A DNA stretch of 64,000 nt from Camelus dromedarius (GCF_036321535.1 NC_087447.1:5146001-5210000), one strand, 5' to 3'. Positions 1-17,731 are shown, counted from the first letter of the stretch. The notes: generated by a model not told the origin, from the sequence alone. Numbers and translations: made by a program.

Positions 1-558
1 GGAGGTGCCAAGGACAGCGGCGGCTCCAACTCAGTCACTGTTGTCCTGCTGCTGCTGCTGCTCCTGCTGCTGGTCACTGGCCTGGCACTGGCTTGGCGCC
101 GCCTCAGCCGGGACTCGGGGGGCTACTACCACCCGGCCCGCCTGGGTGCCGCGCTGTGGGGCCGCACTCGTCGCCTGTTCTGGGCCAGCCCGCCAGGCCG
201 ATGGCTCCGGACCAGGGCTGAGCTGGAGTCGCCAGATGAGGAGCCAGAGCGGCAGGAGGATGAGCAGGACATGGAAGATGACTACGACCTGGGAGTTAGC
301 CGGGAAGAGGCTGAATCCCAGGAAGAGGAGCAGCGATGCGGGGAGAGGCCCAGCCCACAGCAGGTCTCAGAGCCGGCTTTGGAGGCACATGACGATGATG
401 CCGAAGGGGGCCTGGGCCTGGCCTCCCAGGGGCCAGCAGGATCAGGGGGCAGTGCCGAGGCCCTACTGAGTGACCTGCACGCCTTTGCTGGAAGCGCAGC
501 CTGGGACGACAGCGATAGGGCAGCTGGGGGCCAGGGTCTCCACGTCACCGCACTGTAG
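1..558 (+). CDS. PTPRCAP: CD45-associated protein (LPAP), last coding exon, 5'-truncated by the window edge
   Basis: Frame 1 from base 1 reads GGAKDSGGSNSVTVVLLLLLLLLLVTGLALAWRRLSRDSGGYYHPARLGAALWGRTRRLFWASPPGRW...AEALLSDLHAFAGSAAWDDSDRAAGGQGLHVTAL, then TAG at 556-558. The TM helix, WRRLSRDSGGYYHPARL motif and C-terminal LHVTAL match PTPRCAP. Confidence 0.96.
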   Translation, partial: GGAKDSGGSNSVTVVLLLLLLLLLVTGLALAWRRLSRDSGGYYHPARLGAALWGRTRRLFWASPPGRWLRTRAELESPDEEPERQEDEQDMEDDYDLGVSREEAESQEEEQRCGERPSPQQVSEPALEAHDDDAEGGLGLASQGPAGSGGSAEALLSDLHAFAGSAAWDDSDRAAGGQGLHVTAL

Positions 559-771
559 GAGCCAGCCCTGGTGCTGCATCCCTGCCACTGTGCCTCTGCT
601 TCCCAAGCTGCCATGTCTGGACATGGCCTACCCTGGACACATTGTAACCCACACCCCCACTTGGAGAACCTCAGACTGTCATGCCCCCCACTAGTTCTAT
701 CCCCGAATGTGTGTATCCCTGGCCCCTCCAGGAAGGCCACCCATCCCCAGGGGCACTGGGCAGCCATCTGA

Positions 772-777
772 AATAAA
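772..777 (+). terminator. PTPRCAP polyadenylation signal AATAAA
   Basis: First AATAAA, about 215 nt after the stop codon. Confidence 0.75.
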
Positions 778-879
778 ACCTCTCCAGTCCCATAGCTCTG
801 TGCTCCTGTTGTGACCTCCCCCACCCGCTGGCCCCAGAAGTCTAAAGGAAGAGCCAGGTCAGTGCCATGATTCAATACT

Positions 880-885
880 TTAATT
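880..885 (-). terminator. RPS6KB2 polyadenylation signal ATTAAA
   Basis: Plus-strand TTTAAT, about 235 nt downstream of the RPS6KB2 stop; the only canonical-type signal before the PTPRCAP 3' end. Confidence 0.65.
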
Positions 886-1117
886 CTCCAAGGGCACAGC
901 TCAACTGCGAGAGGCCAGGTAGGTGGCCCCTCGACCAGCAGCCCTTCATGATCATGATTCAGGGGCACAGCCACCCTCCCCAGAGACACACATTCCCACA
1001 CACACTCACTCCTGTACCCCCAGCCCCAGCCCCAGGTCTCTGAACTGGCCTAGGGGCCCACTGCCCTCACGGCTTAGAGGGAGGGGTCTTCCTGGAGGCC
1101 TTCGCCCACCCGTCCTC

Positions 1118-6508
<5,391 letters not shown>

Positions 6509-7710
6509 AGCGGCGCCGGCCCCGCGGGCCACTCGGCCGGTACCCGGCCGCGATCTGACTGACAGGCAGGGGCTGGGGCTTATACGTCATCACTCCGCGA
6601 CGGCCGCCTCGCGCACCGATGACGCAAGAGGTTGTCCCTCCCTCGAGCCGGCCGCTTAGCGGGCGAGGAGAAAAGATGGCGTCTATCGCAATGCATCTCG
6701 GGAATGGTAGTCCCAGAGTGCAGGGGTACTAAGGCCTTTCACACTCTTCCGCGGGCCCTTCAATCTTTCCAGCACAGCTTCACCGGGGCGGCACCGGACA
6801 AGGGCGGCCTGGAAGGCGTCTATCTTGGTTCTGGGAAGAGTTTGGGTGGGGCAGAGTCAGAAGTGCATGCATGTGTGAGTGTAAATGCAGTTCCCAGCAG
6901 CCGTGCCCTGTCAGGCTGAGTGGCGAGAGGCAGATGACGTATATTCCTCCGTTCGCCCCCGAAAGGGAGCCGACTGCTGCATTGTGATCTCCCTAACGTG
7001 CCTCTCGGCTCCAGGACCCTGCAAATCAGAGCCTCTACTGCTCCATACTCTGCTCAATGCTGGGTTTTGTTGCCGGATTCCTTACTGGAAGGGTTTGGGT
7101 CTCATTGATCCACCAGGTAAATATGAGTTTGTGCTGGAGTTTGCCTGTTGCCAATTTAAGCACATTTAGTCGTGATTCGGTTACCTGGTACAGAATAGGT
7201 GCTTCATAAAACTTTACTACAATATTGAATGAATGAACACACCAGACTTTGTCTGTGAGTTTAGATTTGGACATGTATTCTTGTTGGATGGGGTTCTGAG
7301 GGGGTGAATTGGGCCAGACCAGGCCTTGGATGAATTCTGATCATTGGAAGCTGTCTGGATGTGCATTCCAGTTGGACAGGGAAGGCTAGGTATGAACTCA
7401 AATGGACAGAATTCAGGGGTCCCCAGGCTGGAGAAAGGCTATCTGGTTGGGTGTGGCCCTCTGGTTGTAATCTCACCCTCGGGAAACTCAGGTCTGGGTC
7501 CTGGTGTAGGTGCCCCTGGCAGGCCTCCCACAGGTCAGCTCAGAGGCCTGGCCAGTGTGGCGGTTTATCCTTAGCTCCAGAGGCTACAGGTATCCCCTAA
7601 CTACCTTTCCCTCCCCCTTCCTCATCCCCTCCTCTAGCTGACCCTGAGAAGTGCTGTCCGAGTCGCAAGAACCTATCCCAGACTCTGGACAGTTCACTAG
7701 TCCACAAGCC

Positions 7711-7716
7711 TTTATT
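7711..7716 (-). terminator. CARNS1 polyadenylation signal AATAAA
   Basis: Plus-strand TTTATT about 960 nt after the CARNS1 stop codon. Confidence 0.7.
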
Positions 7717-8678
7717 TGGAGAGGGATGCTTGTGGCGCTGTCCACAGCTCCTGTGCTGCACAGAGGCAAGAGTTCTTAAAGCAGCCTCCCCTGAATGAGG
7801 AAGTGTAGCCTGTGCTAGTTAGGTGTGCCTGAGGCCAAGCACCAAAGCTTGGTGAAGGTGCATGGTGCATTGGGGGGAGGGGGGAGGTTCACACATCTCA
7901 GGGCCACGTGTGAGGGCAAGGAGGTGAGTTGGGCCTAGAAGCTGAGTGGGCACGTACAAGTTAGTAAAAGCAGAAACCTGGACCTTGCATCTTGTCCCCT
8001 GACCCTTCAACCACTGTGCTATGACATGGAGGCAGTGGTTTTTCCTCTCTGAGCCTGTTTCTTTTTTTGTAGAATGGGGCAATAGTGTCTGCCTGGAGGG
8101 GAGATGGTTACTGCTGACCCCAGTCACCTGCTTCTACTGCTCATGCCAAATGAGGCAGGTGGGGCATTGTCAGAAGTTGTCACCAGGCATTCTAGGCCTG
8201 TCCTAAAATTTGTTAAATGAGGGCATGAGGAGAACAAAGGGTTCTTGGGATGTGTTCAAGGCCAGCGGCCAGCCAGGTTCTCTCCTGCAGACAGCAGGAA
8301 GAGAGACAGACCTGGAGGGGTGGGGAAGATGGACTGGGTTTAGGCCCACTCCCAGCAACCTGGGGGCAGGGTGTGTGTATGTGCAGCTGTTGTTGCTTCT
8401 CCATGGGTAGAGTCCTGGGACAGCTGTGGGCTGGACTGGGGCTTTGGGGAGGGCAAGAAGGCCTAACAGCCTCCCAGATACGTTCTTCTGTGCTCCTCAA
8501 GCCCAGGAGACCTTGGTGTCAAAATGGCCCTGCCACTCTGGAAGAGACCTGGGGCCTTGGAGTGGACCTGACCAGGGTTGGGGCAGGGCTTTGGCAAGAG
8601 ACGCTGGGAGAGCACCAGGGAGCAGAGGGCACTGCAGTGCCCCTTCCAGCACTTTGCCCCTGCCCTCCGGCCCCAGCA

Positions 8679-11600
8679 CTATTTGAAGTGGGACAGGAAG
8701 TAGGCAATGGGGTAGTGGGGCCCATCAATGCCGAGGCCCTGGCAGAGGCCCAGCAGGCGGAGACGGGCCTCGGCCGGGCTGGGCCCAGCACAAGCCACAC
8801 TGCAGTAGGGTTCCTCATATTCGCCAGGCACCAGGGCCTCCTCCAGTAGATTGAGGCGCAGCAGGCCCTGGTCGTGAAGAGCCTGCAGGGTCTCGCGGCT
8901 GGTGGTGGAACTCAGGACCTGCAGGTGCTGGGACACCAGGCACATGACGCCCACCAGGTGACCACGGGCGCGTGGGTGGGCAGGCAAGGCGGGCCGCAGG
9001 CCACAGGCCACCATAGCAGCAGCCAGCAGGAGGTCCACACCATAAAGCTCCAGGATCCAGTCTCGTAGGTAGAAGCCGCCCATGCGGGGGTTGATCTCGA
9101 TGAGCCGCGGCCCAGCCCCAGTCAGCTTGAGCTCCACATTGAAGACGCCATCCAGCAGCCCGCAGCCCAGGCAACAGCGGAAAGCTGCCTGCACCAGCTG
9201 CGCCTCCTGCTCTGGTGCCAGCCCAGTGGGCATACACGCGGCCGTCTCAGTGAAGCCAGGCAGCCGTGTGGGGCCATTGTCAGACACGAAGGCAGCCAGC
9301 AGTCGCCCACCAAACAACACCAGATCCACATCGTGTTCAGTGCCCTCAATGAACTCCATTAGCAGCATGGCATTGCCCCAGCCCAGCCCAATGCCGGGAT
9401 GGTCGGCCTCGCCCTGCAGGTCACGGGCGATCCGGGAAAAGTGCTCGTGGCACTGTGGCGCATCCTCCACTAGCCGTACACCTACAGCGCCTGCCCCAAA
9501 CTCCAACTTCATGACACCTGGCAGGGGTACCTGGCGGACAGCCTTGTCCACGTCAGCCTCACTCTCCAGTGGACAGCAGGGCACAGCATAGAGGGAGGGC
9601 GCGGGCCAGGGTGGGCCATGGCGGCACAGCAGGTGCAGCTGGGTGCGGCTCTTCTGCTTGGCCAGGCGCATGGCGGCCGGCGGGCTGCAGGGCAGACCCA
9701 GCTCCTGGCAGAGCAAGGCTGTGAGCACCAGGCAGTCATCCCAGTAGGAAAAGCAGCCATCTAGCTGCAGGCCACGTGCCCGCACCAGCTCCGCCAACAA
9801 CCGTGCATTCTCCTCATCCCTCTGGTGCTCTGTTACATCGAAGTGGATGAAGGTCTGCACCAGCTGGGACGCAAAGTGGTTGGGGTCCGACTCCACCAGG
9901 TGCAGCTGCAGAAACCACAGGACGGCAACACACTGAGATGAGCTTTTGCTGGGCGCTGGGCCATAGGATGGGACCTAGAACATAGTCCTGGCCCTCAGGG
10001 GAGACAGGCTCACCAATGCTAGGTGCTCCAAAAATATTTGTTGGTGATTATATGGAAGGTACAGAGGTGGGACACTTAATCCAGCCTAAAGGGGAGGGAA
10101 GGCAACCTAGAGGAGGCAGTGTTCAAGCTGGAAACTGGATAAGAGTCGGCCAGAGGAAAGACGGCTGCAGGAGAGAGAGGTTGTGAGCAAGGTGGGAGGG
10201 GGCTCGAGTGCAGAAGGGAGGGGTGACAGAGTGCAGAAGGGTGGTGGACTCTTTCCCATAGGCAGGCTCAGTCTGGTCAAGACTTGTATGGGAACCTCAA
10301 GGGTTAGGGCTTGGGACTGGTGGTCTGGTGTCCCGGAGGCTTTTCACACCTGGCGGGAAGAGAATTCACCTAGAGGCCAAAAACAGTTGAGACTGCCCAC
10401 CTCGGCGGGGCCTATCGCCCAGCCAGCCCACGCCTGAGCTCTAGGCCTCCTGCTAGAATGCCCGGCGCAGTCCCCGCCCCAAGGTCAACACCGCCCCGGG
10501 CCCGCCCCCGGGGCCCTCCTCCACCAAGGCCTGGACTTCGAGCCCCGCCCACCTTGAGCCCGTAGTCGCGCGCCGCCTCCCACACGAACTTCTTGCTAAC
10601 GCCGCCGGCGCCGAGCAGCAGCAGCTGTTTTCCCTCCATGAGGTAGCGCGCCGAGCGCCTCAGCATCGTCTCCACCAGCGGCGCGGCCGCCGCCTCCTCG
10701 GCCACCAGCCCCGGGCGCGGTGCGGCCCACAGCCCTTCGAGCGCGCCGCACGCCTCCAGACATAGGCCTCCGTTCAGCTCCAGGGCCACGGGGGTCAGCG
10801 CGCGGCCAGCCACCGTCAGGACAAAGTCCACCCCTGGGCCGGGCACGGGGCGCGGGCTCAGTGCGAGCCGCCCTCGGGCCTCCGGCCCCCGCCCCGTGCC
10901 CCACCCCCGTCCCAGTCCCCGGCGTCCCGCACTCACCGAGGAAGTCAGTGCGGGCTTGGCGCCCGCCGCGCTGCTCAGCGCTCAGGCCAGCCTCCAGGGC
11001 CAGCACGGCGGCTAGCGCAGCCTCGGCCGCCGCCTTCACGCGCCGCCGCACATCCGTCACCTGCGAGGCCTCACCCAGGCCGCACTGGGCTAGCGCCACT
11101 TCCAGCGTACGTGGCAAGGAGTTCTGGTGCCGCAGAGGCCGGTCCCCACGGCCCACTCCGCATACCACCTGGGCAGGGTGTGGCTCAGGGGGCTTGTCCA
11201 AGAAGAGTCCTCTCGGGACTACCCCCGGCCCCCAACACACCTTCCCCTCTGCCACGATCCAGGCCACACCCCTCAATGGACATTCAAGAAGTCCTGTCCT
11301 CCAGTGCGACTTACTGCGTAAACTACTCATCTGGTCTCTAGACCACTAGGGGGATTCTAGCCAAGCTTCCAGGCCCAGCTGGGGTCTCTACTCCCTAAGG
11401 TCTCCAAGCATGCTTGCTTCTAGTTCCTGCAGCCCTGGGGGCCTGTGCCACCCTGGTGGGCCCCAGCCCTAGAGCTCCTTCTCTCTCTGCTTGGCACAGA
11501 GATATGTCCCCAGGAAGGGAACCCAAGCCTCCCTGACCTCCCAACTTGGAGGGCCCTCCTACAGGGCTCCAGGCACTGGAGGTTTATCAAGGACCTTGGG

Positions 11601-14600
11601 TCAGCCTCTTCTTGGGCAAGAGCTCCCTAGAAAGAGAATTCAGCCCTGGGTCCTTGTACTCAGCGCAGGATACCAGGTAGGGCTCCTGATGTGGGAGGGG
11701 TACAGGGTTGGAGAGGAGGGAGAGTGTCAGACTCAGTTCTCCTGGAGGCAACAAAATGCCCACAAAGATTTTGTCCTCTCTCTGCCCTGGGGCCCCCCCA
11801 TCAGCCCAGTGGAGCTGGGCTGGGGTGTGGCAGTAGGATCATGACCTGAACCTGAGCCATGCTCACCTTGCTCAGCAAGGGCCTGTCACCCTGTGTCCGA
11901 CACACCACAGCACAGATACGCAGAGCCAGCTCAGGGCCAGGTGGGGGACTACCTGGGGAAAGACAGTGAGGCCTGAGCCCAGCACTGAGTAGCCAGAAGG
12001 CCAGGCCAAGCTCCACCCTTGGCCAGCCCAGGTGGCTCTCACCTGGGAAAGGGAGTCGGGCAGGTGGGCACACAGCCTCAACCAGGACACTCTCCTCCTC
12101 CTCCAGTTTCTCCAGCAGTGCCAGCACTGTGTCCACCACTGGGTCCAGCTCTGTTCGTGGGTACAGACGCAAAGCCTGCCGTCCCCGCCAGCGCCAGCCA
12201 CTGAGCTTCACGGCTACCTGCAACAGGGAGGGGAAGGGGGCATCCTCACCATCCCATGTACCTGCAAGATGGGACACACATACCATAGGAGCTCATGAAC
12301 AAACTGAGGTAAGGCAGGGGACTGCTACAGAGAGATGGGGCAGTGGCAGGGCTCAAAGCTGGGGACACTTTCCCAGCAGGACTTGGTAACCATCCATGGC
12401 TCCCATCCTGCTGGCATCTGTACAGCCTCAGGGGCAGTAGCCTGTTACCTGCAGGGCATCACCCAGGGCCTCGGAGTGCAGGAAGGCCCCTACTTCCTCC
12501 TTCACCAGTGTCTCCTGGCCCTCTTTGCCATTCAGCTCCACCAGCCGTAGTCCCGGGCTGGCATCCCCTCCCCGCAGCAGTGCTGGTGGCTTGTAGGTGA
12601 AAGCCAGGGTAGCTGGCACGGCCACGTCACCCTGCTGAGCCAGCAATCGCCTTGTCAGCAGCCGGTCCTCCAGCAGCCGGGCCAGCTCAGCCGAGGCTCC
12701 TGTGGGGCAGGTCAGGTCGCGGGCGAGCTCAGCTGCCTCTCGACCAGGGCCAGGCCCCAGCCCCAGGCCCGCCAGGAAGTAGGTGGCCCGGCGCGGGGGG
12801 ACAAAGTCATCCAGGAATGTCAGGCCCCCCGGGTGGAAGCTCACAGCCTTGGAGACCAGCAGGGCTGCCTCACCGGGCTGCCCTGGTGCTGGCACCTTTG
12901 TCAGCCAAGCAGGGGACAGGCAAAGGAGCATGTTTCCTGTGGGCAGAGGGAGGAGGGTTGCTGGCCAGGGAAGGCTTAATGCCCCATGCCCTCCACCTCC
13001 AGCCTGGGCCCCTGGGTCGTAGTGGGCAGCTGCTGCCAGAACCCACCCCCACTCAAAGCAGGGCAGCTGGTGTGGTGGAATGCAGGCAGTTGCCAGGGTT
13101 GGCGGGTATTTTGGGATGTGGCCGGGCCAGGGCAGGACTGCCCTTTCTGTAGGAGGGGGTGGGGGAACTTGGGAACACACTCACCCGGGCTCTGGACCCC
13201 ACCCTCCAGCAGCACGGACAGAAAGGTGCAGGGGGATCCCAGAATGCACAAGGTCACCTCCGCCCCAGGGCAGCCTCAGGGAAGAGAACATTGCCAAGCT
13301 CACCAGGAGCTCCCCTTGCTGTCTTTCTGCCCACTTTTCCCCACTCCCCTAGGCCTGCTCATACCCTTGGACCCCCAGATCCTTCCTGGGTATGGGATGA
13401 AAAGAGAAAGGGGACAGAGGAGGCTGGGGAGGGAGGGGGAAGCTGTCTGCCCACCCCTGCCCCGAGAGGCTGGCTCCTTTCTCTCTGTGGCTGGTCCAGA
13501 AGGCATGAAGGCTGGGTGACTGGAGACCTGGGTTCTAGCCTGAGCTCTGCCACTGACTTTCTGTGTGACCCTTGGTCCCTGTGCACCCTGTGCAGTGGGG
13601 AGAGGAATCTCTGCACCTCAGTTTCCCCATCTGTAGAAGGGGGCAAAGTCTGAGATGGTCATGTATTCTAGCTGTAAACCTTCCGTCCACACAAAATCTT
13701 CTGTGGCTGCCTGGTACATAAAACAGATAAAACAAGGGAGGAGTTTTGGATCCCAACTGCTAGCTGGCTCCACAGCAGCTCCCAAGATATTTCTGTAGAA
13801 GCTTTGGCTCCACAGAACATGGATTGCAAATCCCAGGGCTGGATCTTCTGGGGGTGGGAGGGGAGCCTTGATATCTGAGTTTACTGGTGCCAGATGCCCT
13901 TTGAAATGCCTGCCTGCCTGAGGTTGACTGGCCTTGCCTCCCTGGCTTCAGATTGAGCCAGAGCCTGGGGGAAGGGGCTGACTTTGACAGAGCTGGAAAG
14001 AAGGCTGGGCTGAGGGTGCCTCCCTCCTCCCCAGGGATGCCCCCCTCCAAGGAGCCCTTGGGCACCTGTGCGGGGCACCTGGCTGCGGTCCTGAGTCTCC
14101 GGAAGGCCAGCTTGCTGCAGACAGCTCTGCAGGAGGCTGTAGTAGTAGACAGTCCAGGCCCGGGCCTCTGCTCCCTCAGGGGAGCCCTTGCAGTCCAGGC
14201 CCACTTCATGGCTCCAGGAACCAGGGAAGAAGCCTGGGGGTGGCAGGCCAGAGCCCCCGCCCCATGGGCCCTCCTCCTCCTCCAGGTCCTTGGAGCCCAG
14301 GGGGCAATCCCACTCGGGACCCAGTGGGTCCAGGGAGAGCTGAGGGGGGCAGAAGTGGTGGGTCTTGGGCAGGGTGAGCAAGAGGCACATTAAGTCACCC
14401 AAGGGTATAAGCCCCCTACTGTCCTGTCCTTGGGTGGACACTGTCCTCGGAACCAAAGAGGATGGGGCTGGATTGGAGGATGAAGGCTGGACACCAGGGA
14501 CATGTAGATGGAAGTGCTTTGTAAACGGTATGTGTGGTGCCCCCGGGGGTGGGGGCAGAAAGCAGTGCACTGCTGGCTGGACCATTGCACCCCCCACATC

Positions 14601-14802
14601 CCACACCCAGGTCCATCCCAGCTTGGTTCACAGGGGCAGAGGTTTTGTCTGTTTTGCTTATTGAGGCAGCCCCAGCACCTAAAACAGTGCCTGGCACACC
14701 GTAGCTACTCAGTGTTTGATGACTGAAGAATAAATAAGCAAATGAACCAAGCAATCAGTTGGGCTGCTCACTTCTCTCTGGCCTCAGTGACCCATCTACC
14801 AT
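8679..14802 (-). CDS. CARNS1: Carnosine synthase 1 (ATP-grasp ligase), 9 coding exons, 951 aa
   Basis: Exons (minus): 14800-14802 (ATG at the end of exon 2, lower confidence), 14066-14339, 13185-13274, 12449-12936, 12043-12217, 11867-11952, 10937-11168, 10553-10833, 8679-9905. Phases are consistent and the total is 2856 nt. Reads MLSLDPLGPEWDCPLGSKDLEEE...MLLCLSPAWLTKVP...VMKLEFGAGAVGV...MEFIEGTEHDVD...IEINPRMGGFYL...YFLSHFK*. Confidence 0.95.
13522..13642 (+). mobile_element. MIR SINE fragment
   Basis: GACCTGGGTTCTAGCCTGAGCTCTGCCACTGACTTTCTGTGTGACC...CCTCAGTTTCCCCATCTGTAGAAGGGG (MIR core). Confidence 0.8.
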
Positions 14803-15869
14803 CATGGAGTTCTGCTGAGACCTAAATATGTAGGTGAATCTGTTCCATCATCATCCCCAAGCAGGCCCGAGGATGTTCTGAGTCATGAAAATGCTTTCTT
14901 TGGATGAAATCTTATACCCTGCCCCTTTCTGAGGCTGGCTGACTCCCAAATGAGGCTGCACAGAGGCTCAGTGTGAACACAGGCGGGGACACGGGTGGGC
15001 CTGTCCTCCAGGGGACAGGCTTGGCCTCCTTGGACAAGTCACGAGGTTTCTTTGAGCCTTGTGGGTGCCTGGGGCCTGTTATGTCCGCCCCCATGGTGCT
15101 GATGAGGCTTGGACCTAGGGAATCACCTCAGTCATTGGGAGACAGCATACTGCAGGCGGCCGGGAGAGCAGAGGTCTGGGCCTCTGACTTGGACTTGAAC
15201 CCCAGTTTGGCCAGTGCCAAATTCTGAGCTTCAGTGCCCTCTCTTAGAAGTTGAGTTCCCTGAGAGCCCAGACTGGGTTCACTGCTATGTCCTCAAACTT
15301 AGACTACGGCAAGGCGCACGGTAATATAAATATTGCAGAATGAATGAATGCCGAAAGGGACCAAGAGTGCCTGCCTCCCAGGGCTGGTGGGGGAGAGATG
15401 GAGGGCCTGGCACACAGCCCCTGCTTGTCCCATGGCACACAGAGTGGGAAGTCAAGGCGTATGTGTGCAGCTGGTCATGGGTTGGAGCTGTCTGCCAGGC
15501 AGTCCCAGGGCTAGGCTTTTACGGCCAGGTGCTGCCCTCTGGGCCCTCCCTCTGCTTAGGGGCTTGGGCTTTTTGTCCGGAGGGGCCAGAGAAGACTCAC
15601 CATCTTACAGGTGGAGAGGCTGAGAGGAAGAGAGACAAAAGATGGAGTCAGGGCAGCAGGGTCTCTACCTCAGCACCCTGCCCCTAAGACGTTGGGAGCT
15701 GAGAGGTGGCCGCGACAGTGCTTCTCTCCTGTCCCAGACAGGAGGTGTCCAAGGCTACCCCACCCCCACCCCAAGGAAGCAGAGGTTTTCGGAAGCCCAG
15801 ACCCCATGGGACCCACACCCCGATCTCACACATCCTAAGTTGCCCTGGGCAGTGCTGAGGGTCCTGGCA

Positions 15870-16360
15870 CTCAGCCCTTCCAGAGGGGGGCGCGCTGGGT
15901 CCCCGCCTGTGTGTGCGCGTGGTGGGGTGGGCATTGCAGGTAGTGTCGCGGGTCCCGCTGAGGGGCGCGGGCGCTTAAAGTCCCTGTCCCGGCGGCCCCT
16001 GCCCCGCAGTCCCCTCCCTGGCTCTCCCCGGGGCGCAGGCAGCAGCCGGGGTACCTGGCGGGCGGCAGCGGCTTGGCGGGGCTCGGTGGGGCTCGGTGGG
16101 GCTCGGCGCGCGGCGCGGACCCGGCGGAACACGGCGGCGGCGGCACAGCGCCGGGTCGAGGCGGCGCCGCTTTATATAGAAGCGCCCGGGGCATGCCCAG
16201 TGCCGGGCGGGGGCGGCGCGGGGCGGAGGGGCCACTGCCTGTCCGCCAGGGGACCTGCCCCGCCCCTCCCGCCAAAACCTCCGCCACTCATCCCGAACCT
16301 GGGGTCCTGGGGCTGGCGGCCCGACACGGCCAGAGGTAGGGTCGCCGTAGGGGCCAGGGA
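15870..16360 (-). promoter_or_regulatory. CARNS1 CpG-island promoter with TATA box and non-coding exon 1 (about 16055-16145)
   Basis: TATATAAA on minus at 16171-16178, GC boxes upstream, donor CAG|GTACCC at 16054, CpG-rich, and a short (CCGAGCCCCA)x3 repeat in the 5' UTR at about 16078-16106. Confidence 0.8.
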
Positions 16361-17731
16361 GAGAGAGACAGGAGACATTTAGAGACACACGAAGTCAAAC
16401 AGAAGACCAGAGATCCTCAGAGAAGGTCACAGACCTAGGGCCGTGGGAAAGACAAGACAGGACAGAGGGTAGGGGAAAGAGAGACCCATAATGGAAAAGA
16501 GATGGAAGAGGGGGGAGGGGAGAGCTGGAGCCGGCAGAGACTGGTACCCGGGCTTACCATTGGGGGTGGGGTGGCCAGGAGAGTGGCTGGGGCACAGTCT
16601 GGAGCTCTGCCCTTGGATGGAGTCCTGAGCTCCCCAGCACACACTGCAGCGGCTGTCCGCCCACTAGCCCTTTGCCCTATGGCGGGGAGCTCTCCCAGAA
16701 AGGCACCTTGGGCAGGCAAACCTGTAGGTCTGTGGGTGGTCCCCTCCTCACCTCTCCTGGCCCCTACAAGAGTAGTGACCACTGGGTAAGACACCCCCCC
16801 AAGAGCAGTCCCAGTTCCTTGAAATACCCCCTGCCCTGCAGGGAGCCAAGAGGGAAGGGGGTGGTCAGGCTGGGAGTTCCAGTGGGAAAAGAAGTGGGGT
16901 GTCTGCAGTATCTGCCCTGCCCATCAACACCCAGGTCAGCTGGACACCCACAGTTACACCCACAATCTCTCCAAGACATACATCCTTATCCCCAGGTGCA
17001 CCCACTCAAATATGCAGACCTCAAGAGGTCTGGCTCACAACCACAAATTCACCCCAAGAAACACACCCAGAGACTCACATCCTCTCCTCAAGTATGTCCC
17101 ACTAGGGAGGTTCCAATCCGAGCTCCAGGTTTGGGACCTGGGCACCTCTCCTTACTGGTCTGAACCTCACTTTCCTCCTGCCTAAGATGGGGCTACTTAT
17201 CATCTTGACTGTGTTGAGGATTATCACAACATCCTGCACCCAGCACATTTAGGCTATTGTTAGAATTCTTCTACCTCATCCCCACAAACTCAGGCTTTCT
17301 TTCCAGAGACCCCTTGGCCATTTCCCAGAGCCTCCTGGGCTGGGGGAGGGTACTGATAGCCCCACAGCACTTGTGCAGGCAAAGGTGGCTGCTTTGGGCC
17401 TTTTCAAAAACTGTATACAGAGCAGCCTGTGAGGAACCACTCCTGTCTACCAGTGAAGTTACTCAGAGGGGAGAAGTGAATTATTCAGGGCCCCCCAGCC
17501 CAGCCCGCATTCCCCACACAGCTTTCCAGGGCTGCTCTGGGCTCCCCAGCTCCAGATCCACGTGACCCCCCTCCCTGTGGCCAGCCCAGGCTCCTGGAAT
17601 GAGGCAAATCCACCCTAGAAGATTCATTGCATAATTGCTTGGGTAACCTGAGCTCCAGGGCCATCCCACAGGAGGGCGCAGGGTTGGGGCATGGATGTCG
17701 TGAAAGAGCATGAGTTTTGACACTTAACAAG

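Noticed and set aside
5-1001. ORFs 5-469 (+) and 282-1001 (-) overlapping PTPRCAP
   Set aside because: Alternative-frame or antisense shadows of the true frame-1 PTPRCAP exon; poly-Cys arises from the CTG repeat encoding the Leu-rich TM helix.
10720-11349. 209-aa plus-strand ORF
   Set aside because: Antisense shadow of CARNS1 exons 8-9 in a CpG island; low complexity.
16078-16106. (CCGAGCCCCA)x3 and the PPP1CA GC-box duplications as CRISPR-like arrays
   Set aside because: Simple tandem repeats without unique spacers in a eukaryotic promoter; no cas genes.
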